The translations under genes were made by a program, and so were the position numbers. Below the pieces are notes generated by a model. It was given only the letters and a program-made list of their open reading frames with translations, had not been told where the DNA came from and ran no database searches. 64,000 nt of DNA from a bacterium GBS-1. Lineage in GTDB: Bacteria > Synergistota > GBS-1. Location of the stretch: NCBI GenBank assembly GCA_001443005.1, contig LEKQ01000001.1:594542-658541 (forward strand), read 5' to 3'. Positions 1 to 10,870 of this stretch are shown here, in pieces (the stretch's first letter is position 1; every line of letters starts with the position of its first letter).

Positions 1-344
1 CAGCATCTGATAGCTTCTTAATCAAGCGAGTTCCGTTAGTTGTAGTTAAAACAGCGCGCTTTCCCTTTATCATATGAGCGTTCTCCATAACATCGGTAGG
101 AGAGTTATCGAAGTCGAACCCAGGTATCTTAGCCCCTCCCCTCTCCCCCATTAGAAGGATATCGGGGTTTTCCCTCTTTAAGGACTTAGCTTCCCTTATA
201 GAAGATGTGATAAAGAGCGAGTCCCCACCATAAGCGAAGAAAGTAACTATAGTGGATGTGGCTCTTATTACATCCAGAGCTATCCATAGAAAATCCTCCT
301 TAGGCAAGGGCTCTGAGAGAGAAGACAAAAGGTAAACCTTCATA
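1..344 (-). CDS. 2-phosphosulfolactate phosphatase (ComB) family protein, N-terminal part only; C-terminus lies beyond the window start
   Basis: Not in the ORF track because it runs off the window. My own minus-strand translation from the ATG at 344 gives MKVYLLSSLSEPLPKEDFLWIALDVIRATSTIVTFFAYGGDSLFITSS..., with the ComB-type LDVIRATSTI motif. Confidence 0.55.
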
Positions 345-348
345 AAAC

Positions 349-2094
349 TCAACCCCGCTTAAGGATGGCTCCCTGATCAGCCGAAGTGACTGCTTCAGCG
401 TACCGCGCTAAATATCCCCGGGTTACCCTCGGAGCGGGAGGCTTCCAGTTGGCTAGCCTCCTCTTTATCTCCTCTTCGCTCAGATGCAAATCAAGTTTCC
501 TCTCATCGATATTTATAGTTATGAGGTCCCCATCTTGAACGATAGCGATCGGCCCACCTGAAGCTGCCTCAGGAGAGACATGCCCCACACAGGGACCCCT
601 CGTGGATCCAGAAAACCTCCCATCGGTGACTAAAGCCGTGCTATCCCCTAAGCCCATACCGACGAGAACAGACGTAGCGGCAAGCATCTCTCGCATACCC
701 GGTCCCCCCTTAGGTCCCTCATAGCGTATAACGACTACATCTCCCCTCTGAACCTTGCCATCAAGAATGGCTTGAACTGCATTTTCACAGGACTCGAAAA
801 CCTTAGCTGGACCAGTGTGAACCCTCATGGAGGGCGAAACCGCAGTCTGCTTCACAACTGCACCATTGGGAGCCAGACTTCCCCTTAAAATTGCCAAGCT
901 ACCTTCCTCATGAACAGGGTTATCAAGAGAACGAATTACCTCTCTATTACGGTTTTTGGCTTTCTTCAATATATCCCTAAGAGTGCAAAGCATAACGCTC
1001 CTCTCATCTAAATGAAGTAGGGGAGAAAGCTCCTTCATAACAGCAGGAATCCCACCGGCATCATCCAGATCCTTAAGGGTATATGGACCAGAAGGCTTCA
1101 AATCAACCAAGTGCGGCGTAGTCCTACTTACCCTATCGAAGTCATCCAGTGTTATCCTTATGCCTATCTCATGGGCTATAGCGGGGATGTGAAGCAAAGC
1201 GTTGCTTGAACCTCCCACAGCCACAACCACTCGCATGGCATTCTCAAAGGATCTGTCTGTTATTATATCGGAAGGTTTAACACCTCTCTCTATGAGCCTC
1301 ATAACCTGAATCCCCGAAAGCTTGGCTTCCCTAAGCTTTTTAGAATATACAGCGTGAGTTGTCGCACAGCCCGGCAAAGTCAAGCCCAGGCTTTCAGCCA
1401 CACATGACATGGTGTTCGCAGTCCCCATCATGGAACATGAGCCTACAACAGGGCATATGCAATCCTCCATTTCCCTAAACTCCTCTTCTGTCAACAATCC
1501 ACGCCTATAAAGTCCCACAGCCTCCCTTATCTCATAGACAGCTAAGCTTCTACCCTTAAAAACCCCCGGGAGCATCGGTCCACCAGTAACCATGATAGAT
1601 GGAACGTTTATCCTTAACATCGCCATAAGCATACCAGGAACTATCTTATCACAGGCGGCTAAGAAGACCAAGCCATCTAACTGCTCCGCCTGAGCCACGA
1701 GCTCTATGGAATCAGCTATCACCTCTCTACTGGGTAGAACATAACACATTCCCTGATGCCCCTGGGCTATACCATCGCATATGGCGATGGTGTTAAACTC
1801 AAAGGGCACGCCCCCAGCCAACCTTATGCCCTCCTTAACCGCCTCAGCGATCTGGCGAAAATGCTTATGCCCGGGGTGCATCTCATTCCAAGAGTTCACA
1901 ACACCAACGAAAGGACGGTTGAATTCCTCATCGATCAACCCACAAGCTTTAAGAAGGGCACGCATACCAGCCCTATCTATACCCTCCACAACAACTCGAC
2001 TGCGCAATCCCACGGCTTCATTCACCCTCCCTAAAAACAAAGGAATCAGGGCTCCAAGACCGGAATGGTAATCAAGGCATTGGGTACAACCCAA
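349..2094 (-). CDS. IlvD/EDD-family dehydratase (dihydroxy-acid or sugar-acid dehydratase), paralog 1
   Basis: [37 protein letters not shown] and [11 protein letters not shown] motifs. True start is probably near 2025 (GTG), which would remove the overlap with the upstream gene. Confidence 0.85.
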   Translation of the reverse strand: MGCTQCLDYHSGLGALIPLFLGRVNEAVGLRSRVVVEGIDRAGMRALLKACGLIDEEFNRPFVGVVNSWNEMHPGHKHFRQIAEAVKEGIRLAGGVPFEFNTIAICDGIAQGHQGMCYVLPSREVIADSIELVAQAEQLDGLVFLAACDKIVPGMLMAMLRINVPSIMVTGGPMLPGVFKGRSLAVYEIREAVGLYRRGLLTEEEFREMEDCICPVVGSCSMMGTANTMSCVAESLGLTLPGCATTHAVYSKKLREAKLSGIQVMRLIERGVKPSDIITDRSFENAMRVVVAVGGSSNALLHIPAIAHEIGIRITLDDFDRVSRTTPHLVDLKPSGPYTLKDLDDAGGIPAVMKELSPLLHLDERSVMLCTLRDILKKAKNRNREVIRSLDNPVHEEGSLAILRGSLAPNGAVVKQTAVSPSMRVHTGPAKVFESCENAVQAILDGKVQRGDVVVIRYEGPKGGPGMREMLAATSVLVGMGLGDSTALVTDGRFSGSTRGPCVGHVSPEAASGGPIAIVQDGDLITINIDERKLDLHLSEEEIKRRLANWKPPAPRVTRGYLARYAEAVTSADQGAILKRG

Positions 2095-3329
2095 ACTTTA
2101 GCATCCTTGCCGAGCTCAAAGAACGCTCGCTCCAGCGCCTCTTCAACAGTAGGCTCGTACTCTAGAAATAGCTCCCTTAAGATAGGCTCTGGAACAGCTG
2201 TCCCAACCATAAAGATCTTAGCCCAGTTTAAGGCCTTAGCCAGAACGAAGGCCTTGTGCTCCCCCGGTTCAAATCCCTCGCGATAAGCCCTCTCTAAAGC
2301 TTCCACAGGTGACCTTACGCTTTTCATCCAGTTATAGTACCCCTCATGCCCTATACCATCCTCACACGCCGCAGGGATTATTATTATCCCCCCCTTTCTG
2401 ACCAAAGGACGAGGTGCAAATATCAGGTTATTAACCGCCCTGGTCGCCTGATATAGGTCCCTGTCCTTAGGATATCTGGGTATCGCTATGATAATATCCC
2501 CCTGCTGACTAGCTTTAACCTCATAAATCTCTTTCGCAAACCTCACGCCCGCATCGTGAGCTTTCACCGGATCACCAGCGAACACCCCAAGAAGGCGCTT
2601 ATCGTCATCGAGCACCACGTTAACTATGAAGTCAAGGCCAAGAAAGCCAGCCGCTTCCTCAAGAAAACGTCTAAAGAGGTTATCCTCGATCACACCCAAT
2701 CTGGTCTTAGGATGATCCAGCATGGCGATATTGTGCGTAGCAGAAATCGTGCGAACGCTTGCAACACCAACTGCAACGCTTTTAACCCCACCGCTGTACC
2801 CCGCAAAGAGGTGAGGTTCAATAACACCTGTCGCGATCCTTAAATCAGCCTCTGCTACGCTTTTATTTATCTCCACAGGTATGCCCTGAGATAGGGTGTT
2901 CCCCAAAAACTTAAGCCCCTCAGGGTTAAAGGCATTATGGTTCTCAACCTTGACTCTCCTTACCACCTCTTCACTATACATCTCCTTGAACTCCTCAATA
3001 GAATTGGGCCTGTGAGTACCAGTAGCAACAACTACACTGATATTCTCATCGGGTATCCCAGCTTCGTTAAGCTCCTTCAACAAAAGGGGAATGACTACCT
3101 CCTCACAAGCATATCTGGTTATATCGGTAGCTATGATGACCACCCTCTGCCCAGGCTTGGCTAAATCTCTTAGGGCTTTGCTCCCGATGGGATTTCTTAA
3201 GGCATCCTCAAAGGCAGAAACCACATCCTTAACCGGTGGGTACCTCTTCGGGTCAAGAACCCCCAAAAAATTCCTCTCAGGGATATTAAGCCTAAGAACA
3301 CTCCCCCTTAGGGGAATCTCGACTATCAA
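2046..3329 (-). CDS. LarA-like (DUF2088) nickel-pincer-dependent 2-hydroxyacid racemase/epimerase family protein
   Basis: 427 aa; overall resemblance to the LarA/DUF2088 family ([18 protein letters not shown] segments). Family assignment from memory of family features. Confidence 0.65.
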   Translation of the reverse strand: MIVEIPLRGSVLRLNIPERNFLGVLDPKRYPPVKDVVSAFEDALRNPIGSKALRDLAKPGQRVVIIATDITRYACEEVVIPLLLKELNEAGIPDENISVVVATGTHRPNSIEEFKEMYSEEVVRRVKVENHNAFNPEGLKFLGNTLSQGIPVEINKSVAEADLRIATGVIEPHLFAGYSGGVKSVAVGVASVRTISATHNIAMLDHPKTRLGVIEDNLFRRFLEEAAGFLGLDFIVNVVLDDDKRLLGVFAGDPVKAHDAGVRFAKEIYEVKASQQGDIIIAIPRYPKDRDLYQATRAVNNLIFAPRPLVRKGGIIIIPAACEDGIGHEGYYNWMKSVRSPVEALERAYREGFEPGEHKAFVLAKALNWAKIFMVGTAVPEPILRELFLEYEPTVEEALERAFFELGKDAKVWVVPNALITIPVLEP

Positions 3330-3358
3330 ATTAGATCAACCTGCCTTTCAGAGTACAA

Positions 3359-4417
3359 TCACATCCCCACAAGCTTTTTTGCCTCCTCTAAGGCCCTTAA
3401 GGCTCCTTCACCTAATGGTACGCCCTCCTTAAGCCTCTTGCACATGGTCCGATAGCTTCTCTCCCCCGGCAGAAGGATCTCATCCACGCCCTTAGCTCTC
3501 TTAGATCCCTTTATCATCTTTATGTATCCATCCACCTTTTCCTTGAACTCGTCAACCGGCATGAAGCTTTCGACTTTAATAGCCACCATAAAATTACCGA
3601 CGCCCATCGGCTTAGTAAAGTCCAAGAACATGGATTTTATATCTTTACCGTAAGAGGAACCAGTTAAGAGGCCACTTATTATGTCTATCACAATTGACAT
3701 CCCATATCCCTTGGCTCCCCCTAAGGGCAAAAGGGCTCCTTCTAGAGCCTTCTCCGGATCATCCGTGTGGTTTCCTTCATTATCCACAGCCCAACCGAAG
3801 GGGATTTTTTCACCCTTTCTTAAGCTCTCCTCTATCTTCCCTCTGGAAACAACGCTCGTTGACATATCCAAAACGATCGGTATCTCCCTACCTGCTGGTA
3901 TAGCAACTGCAAAGGGGTTCGTCCCTAGTACAGGCTCACAACCACCATGGGGAGCCATTAAAGCAGCTGTGTTAGTTAGAACGATGCCTATCATGTTTTC
4001 TCTCAGGGGCATCATCGCATAGTGACCCGCAATACCGATGTGATTCGTATTTCTAACGCCAGCGATAGCAACATCATTCTCCTTAGCCTTTTCTATACAC
4101 ATGGACATGGCCAGCTTTCCCGCAACCTGGCCAAGGCCATTATCTGCATCGATCAAGATAACGTTTCTTGATTCCCTTATAACCTTTATATTGGGTTTTG
4201 GATTTATAATCCCAAGCCTTATCCTCTTTACATAGGTGGGAAACCTAACTACACCGTGCGATTCTATTCCTCTTAAATCCGCTGCGACTATAGCCTCAGC
4301 TGTGTCAAGCGCATCCTGCTCTGGCACGCTCAAGCGCATCAGTACAGAGGAAAGGATCCCAATTAAATCCTCGTAAGGAACCAAAACCAAGGGAGCGAAA
4401 CCCTCCTTTAGGTTCAC
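3359..4417 (-). CDS. Ldh_2-family (malate/L-lactate dehydrogenase family 2; ComC/AllD-like) 2-hydroxyacid dehydrogenase
   Basis: N-terminal ADLRGIESHGVVRFPTYVKR motif typical of Ldh_2; 352 aa. Confidence 0.75.
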   Translation of the reverse strand: MNLKEGFAPLVLVPYEDLIGILSSVLMRLSVPEQDALDTAEAIVAADLRGIESHGVVRFPTYVKRIRLGIINPKPNIKVIRESRNVILIDADNGLGQVAGKLAMSMCIEKAKENDVAIAGVRNTNHIGIAGHYAMMPLRENMIGIVLTNTAALMAPHGGCEPVLGTNPFAVAIPAGREIPIVLDMSTSVVSRGKIEESLRKGEKIPFGWAVDNEGNHTDDPEKALEGALLPLGGAKGYGMSIVIDIISGLLTGSSYGKDIKSMFLDFTKPMGVGNFMVAIKVESFMPVDEFKEKVDGYIKMIKGSKRAKGVDEILLPGERSYRTMCKRLKEGVPLGEGALRALEEAKKLVGM

Positions 4418-5571
4418 ATCGTCGGACCTATTCTGGTTATCGCGAACTCACCATGACCAAGCTGCTCTGACTTAGTCATCTTTCCATTTATCACAGAAAG
4501 CATTTCCTTTATGATTCTGCGCCCAACCTCTTCAACCGTTTCGATCCCCAGTATTATAGTTCCTGCATTGATATCTATGTTATCGGACATCCTCTCCCAA
4601 GTCTTGGGATTACCAGTAATCTTTATAACCGGAGCAATGGGGCAACCAACGGGTGTTCCCCTTCCCGTGGAAAAGAGAACCAATTGAGCTCCACCTGCCA
4701 CCATGCCGCTCACCGACTGAACATCATGCCCTGGCGTATCCATTATCCACAGCCCTTTGCCCTTAGGCTGCTCCGCATATTCAACCACGCCTTGAATTGG
4801 AGACCTCCCAGCCTTAAGGATGCAACCAAGGGATTTTTCCTCTATCGTCGTTATACCACCTTCAATGTTGCCTCTCGTCGGCTGAGTCCCTCTTAAATCG
4901 ACGCCCATCTTCAAAGCGTCCTCTTCAGCTCTCTTTACGATCTCGTATATACGCTTAGCTACATCTTCGTTAACCGCTCGCTTGGCCAATATGTGCTCCG
5001 CCCCTATAAACTCGGGGGTCTCCGATAATATCGACGTTCCACCCGAGCTAACCACGAAGTCCGAAGCAACTCCCATGGCAGGGTTCGCCGCTATCCCAGA
5101 GGTGGCATCCGAACCACCGCACTCAAGAGCAATCACGATATGGGATAGATCTATGACCTCCCTCACCATCCCAGACAGATCCGAAAGCATGCTCTCAGCT
5201 ATGGCTATCCCCTTATCTATAGCCCTTAAGGTTCCACCTTCTTCCTGAATCACCAGGACCTCGACCTTCTTCCCCGACTCCGATATCCTCTCAGCCAACA
5301 TATAGGGATCGAGCTTCTCGCATCCGAGCCCAACCACCAGAACCGAAGCCACGTTGGGATTCTTACCAACCCCAACAAGGGTCCTCAGGGTTTGCTCATA
5401 GTCAACGCCAAGCTGTCCACATCCCTCATTATGAGTTATAGACACGCTTCCAGGAACACTCTTCGATATGGCTAAGACCACCTCATTGCTACAGACAACG
5501 CTCGAAAGTACAAGAAGGTGGTTTCTAATCCCAACTGAACCATCGGGCCTTATATAACCCCATAGTTTCAT
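4414..5571 (-). CDS. UxaA-family dehydratase large subunit (altronate/galactarate dehydratase C-terminal domain; SuyB-like)
   Basis: 385 aa matching the UxaA/GarD C-terminal region; 4-nt overlap with the upstream small subunit gene. Confidence 0.8.
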   Translation of the reverse strand: MKLWGYIRPDGSVGIRNHLLVLSSVVCSNEVVLAISKSVPGSVSITHNEGCGQLGVDYEQTLRTLVGVGKNPNVASVLVVGLGCEKLDPYMLAERISESGKKVEVLVIQEEGGTLRAIDKGIAIAESMLSDLSGMVREVIDLSHIVIALECGGSDATSGIAANPAMGVASDFVVSSGGTSILSETPEFIGAEHILAKRAVNEDVAKRIYEIVKRAEEDALKMGVDLRGTQPTRGNIEGGITTIEEKSLGCILKAGRSPIQGVVEYAEQPKGKGLWIMDTPGHDVQSVSGMVAGGAQLVLFSTGRGTPVGCPIAPVIKITGNPKTWERMSDNIDINAGTIILGIETVEEVGRRIIKEMLSVINGKMTKSEQLGHGEFAITRIGPTM

Positions 5572-5876
5572 CTCCCACCACCCTCTCCCTTAAGCAAGTC
5601 GCCTCTTCCCCTATTACTCACAACGTTATGAACATGCACCCAATCCCCAACCTCGATATCTCGCGTAGCCCTACCTATAACCTCACCGTACTTTATGACA
5701 TCGCCATCCTTTGGAATCCTCCTAACGGCAAACTTATGGCCAAAGGGTATGTCCGCGATCACCCTTACCTCCCTAGACTGGTTAGAGATTCTCACTAACG
5801 CTATCTCACCAGCTTGAATGTCTTCAAGAGCTGTAGCCACGTTATCTGCCCCATCAAGTAAAAGAGCCCTTTTCAT
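5568..5876 (-). CDS. UxaA-family dehydratase small subunit (SAF domain; SuyA-like)
   Basis: 102 aa; SAF-type segment IPFGHKFAVRRIPKDGDVIKYGEVIGRATRDIEVGDWVHVHN; overlaps the large subunit start. Confidence 0.7.
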   Translation of the reverse strand: MKRALLLDGADNVATALEDIQAGEIALVRISNQSREVRVIADIPFGHKFAVRRIPKDGDVIKYGEVIGRATRDIEVGDWVHVHNVVSNRGRGDLLKGEGGGR

Positions 5877-5891
5877 AAATCAATCACCTTC

Positions 5892-7775
5892 CTATAAAAG
5901 CCAGTCTAACCCTAGCTCGATAAGCTTCCAAGGTTGGGGAACGCCCTCTTCATCCCAACCAGACATAAGGTAATAAATCCTCTTGGCCTCCTCGAACTCC
6001 TCCCTAGTAACGAATCTACCCTCATGGATACCCCCTCGGAGAGGCATGTACATCTTTTCTGCCAATCTATCCTCCTTCGAATCCACTCCACTTCTAACGT
6101 TAAACACCCTCATCATGTTCAGTCTTCTTTCCCCAACCTTCATGAGCTCCCATAGGCTCACTTCCCAACCGGTCACCGCGCTAACGGCTTCGACCACCTC
6201 ACTGTAGTTTAAACCCCTTGTAGGAGCCATGCAAAACATGCATATATCGAGGGAGTTCAACATGCTATAAGCTATCATAGTGTAATAGGCGAACCTAACT
6301 TTTCTACCATCAAGATCGAACCAAGGTAATCTCTCATTGATACCCAAGATAGCTATTCTTTCAAGGTTAACGTCTGGAGCGTCAGGACCTATGCTTGGAT
6401 CATGTTCACTCGCCATGTGATCCGCTCCTATAGGACAAACAGAATAGACCAAAGCAAGGGACCTTTTAACCCTCGGCTCATGAGCGGGATACTCAACCCC
6501 TTTGCATTCAACGGCATACCTCTCCGCGTTTCTCCCTATAGCTTGAGCAGCCCTCCTCGACCCTTCAGCCAGAAGTCTCCCTATACCCTCTTTCTTAACT
6601 ATCTTCTCAATAAGGGGTATTACCACATCCTTGTTACCAAACCTCAACTCAAGCCCATCGGTCTCTTCCTCAGTTAATATTCCGTTCTCATAGCAATCCA
6701 TTGCAAAAGCTATAGTTCCTCCCAGGGATATAGTGTCTATGGTGTACTTATTGCAGAGCTCTATAGCCTTAGAGACGATATAGGGGTCATCCACCCCTAT
6801 GTAGGAACCTAAAGCAGCCATAGATTCATACTCCAGGCTGGTGTACTCTTGATCTATCTCAAATGGTTCTCTCGCTCCAACCAACCTCTTACATCTTACA
6901 GGACAAGCATAACACCCGGTCTTTTTCACATCCATTATGGTCTCTATGAAGTCACCTGCAATCTTATCCACACCATCAAATACCCCGCTTCTCCAGTTAA
7001 AGGTGGGTAGCTGCCCACCTGTGCTGAAGAGCTTGGTGGTTATGGTTGTCCCCCACTGGTGCAATCTAAGCTGACCTGGGTAGCTCTTAAACCTGGAAGC
7101 AAAATCCTTGGCTATCTTTACCAACTTACCTTCATCCTTAAACTGGGGTTTTCTCGTCCCCTTAACCACAATAGCCTTCAGCTTTTTAGAACCCATAACT
7201 GCTCCAAGTCCGCATCTACCATGCATATCATGAATATCACAAGCTATGCTTGCAAACCTAACGAGGTTCTCCCCACCTGGGCCTATTCCAAGAATCCTCA
7301 AGCCCCTTTCTCCTAACTCTTTCTCAACCTCTCTAAGAACATCTGCGTTGTGCTTCCCCCAAAGATGCGAAGCATCTTTGATCTCCACATTTCCATCCTT
7401 AACCCAAAGATAAACGGGTTTTGAAGCCCTTCCTTTAACCACTATCGCGTCCAATCCCGCAGACTTTAAGGCCACACCCCAAAATCCACCGGCCTCGCTA
7501 TCAGCTATACCACCGGTCAACGGAGAGACTGAAACAGCCGAATGCCTTGCGAACCCCGGTAAGGGAGCACCCGTCACCACGCTGGGAGCGAAAACTATCA
7601 CGTTCTCAGGAGAATAGGCATCCGTTCCAGGTTTAACGTACTTCAATACATAATAACTTCCAAGACATCCCCCACCTATATATTTCCTGAAAAAGGCCTC
7701 TCCCGGACTCTCATATTCAACCGCCATATTAGAGAGATCCACATGGGCTATCCTATCCCAAAAGCCATATCCCAC
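5892..7775 (-). CDS. aor: Aldehyde:ferredoxin oxidoreductase (tungsten-containing AOR family)
   Basis: 627 aa; AOR N-domain plus Fe-S/pterin-binding region (KPVYLWVKDG..., GPGGENLVRFASIACD, CYACPVRC). Confidence 0.9.
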   Translation of the reverse strand: MGYGFWDRIAHVDLSNMAVEYESPGEAFFRKYIGGGCLGSYYVLKYVKPGTDAYSPENVIVFAPSVVTGAPLPGFARHSAVSVSPLTGGIADSEAGGFWGVALKSAGLDAIVVKGRASKPVYLWVKDGNVEIKDASHLWGKHNADVLREVEKELGERGLRILGIGPGGENLVRFASIACDIHDMHGRCGLGAVMGSKKLKAIVVKGTRKPQFKDEGKLVKIAKDFASRFKSYPGQLRLHQWGTTITTKLFSTGGQLPTFNWRSGVFDGVDKIAGDFIETIMDVKKTGCYACPVRCKRLVGAREPFEIDQEYTSLEYESMAALGSYIGVDDPYIVSKAIELCNKYTIDTISLGGTIAFAMDCYENGILTEEETDGLELRFGNKDVVIPLIEKIVKKEGIGRLLAEGSRRAAQAIGRNAERYAVECKGVEYPAHEPRVKRSLALVYSVCPIGADHMASEHDPSIGPDAPDVNLERIAILGINERLPWFDLDGRKVRFAYYTMIAYSMLNSLDICMFCMAPTRGLNYSEVVEAVSAVTGWEVSLWELMKVGERRLNMMRVFNVRSGVDSKEDRLAEKMYMPLRGGIHEGRFVTREEFEEAKRIYYLMSGWDEEGVPQPWKLIELGLDWLL

Positions 7776-7810
7776 AATTTATCACCCCTTTTAATGGCTT
7801 TAATATCAAA

Positions 7811-8827
7811 CTACTGAGGCAACCTTCTAATATCCCATATTTCCGGGTTAGCGATATTATCGGGCCTCTCTCCCCTTAATACAGATATGACGTTTTTACA
7901 AACCATTTTCGCCATATTAGAGAGCGTTTCTTCAGTATGGGCTGCCATATGAGGCGTAGCAACAACATTATCTAAAGTTAAAATGGGCTCATCAACGGAT
8001 GGGGGCTCTGGATCGAAAACATCCATACCAGCACCTGCTATGACCCCATCCCTAAGAGCCCTATAAAGTGCCCTTTGATCTATCACCGAACCCCTTGCAG
8101 TGTTAACAATTATAGCGTTTCTCTTCATCATGGAGAGCTCCCTTTCGCCTATGAACTTCTCGTTCTCCTTAGTAGCAGGTATGTGTATCGTTATAAAATC
8201 CGCATTTCTAAGAAGATACTCCAGATCTCCAACAAGCTCAGTATCCTCTAACCCCTCTTGCCTAAGAAGCTCTTCGTTAATATATGGATCATAGCCTATA
8301 ACTTTCATAGAAAAACCATACTTGCATATCCTGGCAACCTTTCTTCCGATGTTGCCTAAACCTATAACTCCAAGGGTCTTTCCTGAAAGCTCAAAGCTCT
8401 TAACCTGAAGCCTATAGTTGTAGTTTCCATAAACCCTAAGCTGAACACCCGCATCCCATATGTGCTTCGCAACCGCCATCATCAGACATACGGTATGCTC
8501 AGCAACCGCATTAGCATTCGAGCCCGGTGCATAAACCACTGGAATGCGGTAGGCATTGGCTGCTTCTAAATCCACGTTATCAACCAAAGCCCCATGTTTA
8601 CCTATGACAACGCATCTTTTAGCGGCTTCGATTATACTTCTACCTATGTAGGGATGAACCCTCACGATTATGCCATCATAATCCATAACCTTTTTCAAGA
8701 GATATTCCTCGTCAAGGCTTTCCGCAACATCAACCTTTATCTCCGCTTCTTCCAACATCTTAACCCCATCTGGGTGAATTTCCTGCATCAAAAGGACCCT
8801 TCTTTCAGCCATGATACCCCACCTCAC
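7811..8827 (-). CDS. D-isomer-specific 2-hydroxyacid dehydrogenase (NAD-binding, PGDH/GyaR-like)
   Basis: GKTLGVIGLGNIGRKVA Rossmann motif and catalytic-domain layout of D-2-HADH. Confidence 0.8.
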   Translation of the reverse strand: MRWGIMAERRVLLMQEIHPDGVKMLEEAEIKVDVAESLDEEYLLKKVMDYDGIIVRVHPYIGRSIIEAAKRCVVIGKHGALVDNVDLEAANAYRIPVVYAPGSNANAVAEHTVCLMMAVAKHIWDAGVQLRVYGNYNYRLQVKSFELSGKTLGVIGLGNIGRKVARICKYGFSMKVIGYDPYINEELLRQEGLEDTELVGDLEYLLRNADFITIHIPATKENEKFIGERELSMMKRNAIIVNTARGSVIDQRALYRALRDGVIAGAGMDVFDPEPPSVDEPILTLDNVVATPHMAAHTEETLSNMAKMVCKNVISVLRGERPDNIANPEIWDIRRLPQ

Positions 8828-8839
8828 GTAAAGGCAGTC

Positions 8840-9703
8840 TTAAAGTACCTTCCTTAAGATCTTCGGAATCTCCGATAGCTTAAAGGCTATCTTAGCTCCA
8901 GCATCCTCTAAAACCCTTAGCTTGCTATCCGCACTTCCCGTTTCCCCTTGTATAATGGCCCCAGCATGCCCCATTCTCTTACCCGGCGGAGCCAGTCTAC
9001 CCGCAATGAAGGCTATGACTGGTTTCCTCATGCGCCTTATAACAGCGCTCGCATCCTCCTCACGGCTTCCTCCTATCTCTCCCACGATAACTACAGCCTC
9101 AGTATCGTTATCCCTATCAAACATTTCCAAGATATCAGCTATGTCTACCCCGGTAACTGGATCAGCTCCAATACCCACAACGCTGCTTTCACCGAAACCC
9201 TCATCGTTAAGATATCCAGAGACCTCATAAGAAAGCGTCCCGCTCCTTGAGATGACCCCTACCTTCCCCGGTTTAAACATATTGCCAGGCATTATCCCAA
9301 GCTTACCTACACCGGGAGAGATTACGCCAGGGGTTGTGGGACCAAGCATTACGACGCCCCTCTTCCTCGCAACCTCCCTCATCTCCATGGCATCAGCTAT
9401 GGGAACATGCTCGGGAATAACTACAACAAGCTTTATACCAGCATCTATAGCTTCAAACACAGCATCCTTCGCAGCAAAGGGTGGAGCAAATATAACCGTA
9501 GCATTAACGCCAAACCTCTCTACCGTCTCCTTAACATCATCAAACACTGGAACACCATATACCGTCTCTCCCTTTCTCCCAGGCGTTACTCCTGCCAAGA
9601 TCTTCGTACCATACTCCAACATCCACCTCGTCTGTATGCTTCCCACCCTACCAGTTATACCCTGGACGATAGCCCTGGTCTCATAAGTTAAAAGTATTGC
9701 CAT
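8840..9703 (-). CDS. sucD: Succinyl-CoA synthetase alpha subunit-like (CoA-binding)
   Basis: 287 aa; SucD-type segments IVQGITGRVGS and GPTTPGVISPG; the HAGA motif contains the phosphohistidine. Confidence 0.85.
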   Translation of the reverse strand: MAILLTYETRAIVQGITGRVGSIQTRWMLEYGTKILAGVTPGRKGETVYGVPVFDDVKETVERFGVNATVIFAPPFAAKDAVFEAIDAGIKLVVVIPEHVPIADAMEMREVARKRGVVMLGPTTPGVISPGVGKLGIMPGNMFKPGKVGVISRSGTLSYEVSGYLNDEGFGESSVVGIGADPVTGVDIADILEMFDRDNDTEAVVIVGEIGGSREEDASAVIRRMRKPVIAFIAGRLAPPGKRMGHAGAIIQGETGSADSKLRVLEDAGAKIAFKLSEIPKILRKVL

Positions 9704-9708
9704 AACCT

Positions 9709-10860
9709 TTATCCCCTCTCCTTCTGAGATAAAATCTCCTTAAGCAGATCGATCGCTTTCTCCGTATGGAAAGTTTTTATCAAGTGCACTCCAGCGCTAC
9801 TTAATATCTCCCAGGCCTCTTCCTGTTGATTCCCAACCGCCTTAACCACGATGGGGACATCTTTCGCAAAGCTCTCCCTAGCCTGTTTAACTCCATTAGC
9901 TGCTTCTATAAGGGAGTTCACCCCACCATAAAGATTAATGAGAATTGCCTTTATATTGCCTCTCCTTAAAACGAGCCTTATTGAATCGTTTATGAGCTTA
10001 GCTGTTATTCCACCGCCAGTCTCAAGAAAGTTGGCCGGCCTTAAGCCCTCATCAGCCATCAAATCTACAGTATACATACCCAAGCCCGCACCGCTCGATA
10101 TGAGCCCTATATCTCCATCAAGCACAACATAGGACACACCTATCTCTTTCGCTTCTCTTTCCATATAATCCTCCACGTCGACCTTTTCCAGCTTAGAGAA
10201 ATACTCCTGCCTAAATAAAGCATTATCATCTACTTCTACCTTAGCATCAGCCGCAACGATTCTTCCATCCTTTAAAAGGCATAAAGGATTTATTTCCAAG
10301 ATCGTTAAATCATAGCGAACGAAGGCATCGAACATAGAAGCAGCTATGTGAGAAAGCTTTACCAAAAGCTCCCTCTCAAAGCCCTTTCCCCTCAAAGCTG
10401 ACCTTATCTCATACTCCCTTAAAGCTTCGCTCGGATATTTATCTATTCTCACGAGCCTCTCGGGAAAGAGCTTAACTATCTCCTCTATATCCATGCCACC
10501 GGCATCGCAGAACATGAAGGTACGCTTACCAGATCGCGTATCTATGGTTATCCCCATATATATCTCCCTAGCTATGTCTAAAGCCTCCTCTACAAGGAGC
10601 TTCTTAACTTTAAAACCCCTTATCTCCTTACCAAAAAGCTCAGAAGCAACCTCTTGAGCGGTTTTAGGATCATCCGCAGGCTTAATACCACCCGCCTTAC
10701 CCCTACCACCTATGGGGACCTGTGCCTTAAGCACAACCTTCTTCCCTATCCTCTCGAAAGCGCCGGAAGCTTCCGACGGAGCGCTAATTACTACACCCTC
10801 GGGAACATCTATGCCGATCAGCTTTAAAAAATCCTTCCCCTGATATTCTAAAAGCCTCAT
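9709..10860 (-). CDS. sucC: Succinyl-CoA synthetase beta subunit-like (ATP-grasp)
   Basis: SucC-type N-terminus MRLLEYQGKDFL; track ORF starts 11 codons upstream at 10893, so I trimmed to the internal ATG. Confidence 0.85.
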   Translation of the reverse strand: MRLLEYQGKDFLKLIGIDVPEGVVISAPSEASGAFERIGKKVVLKAQVPIGGRGKAGGIKPADDPKTAQEVASELFGKEIRGFKVKKLLVEEALDIAREIYMGITIDTRSGKRTFMFCDAGGMDIEEIVKLFPERLVRIDKYPSEALREYEIRSALRGKGFERELLVKLSHIAASMFDAFVRYDLTILEINPLCLLKDGRIVAADAKVEVDDNALFRQEYFSKLEKVDVEDYMEREAKEIGVSYVVLDGDIGLISSGAGLGMYTVDLMADEGLRPANFLETGGGITAKLINDSIRLVLRRGNIKAILINLYGGVNSLIEAANGVKQARESFAKDVPIVVKAVGNQQEEAWEILSSAGVHLIKTFHTEKAIDLLKEILSQKERG

Positions 10861-10870
10861 CTCTCTTCCC

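Noticed and set aside
1756-2071. Plus-strand ORFs of 92 and 96 aa inside the minus-strand IlvD/EDD gene
   Set aside because: Fully embedded antisense to a well-supported gene, low-complexity composition, no ribosome binding site; typical spurious six-frame ORFs. The same applies to most plus-strand ORFs in the track between 1 and 29,000.
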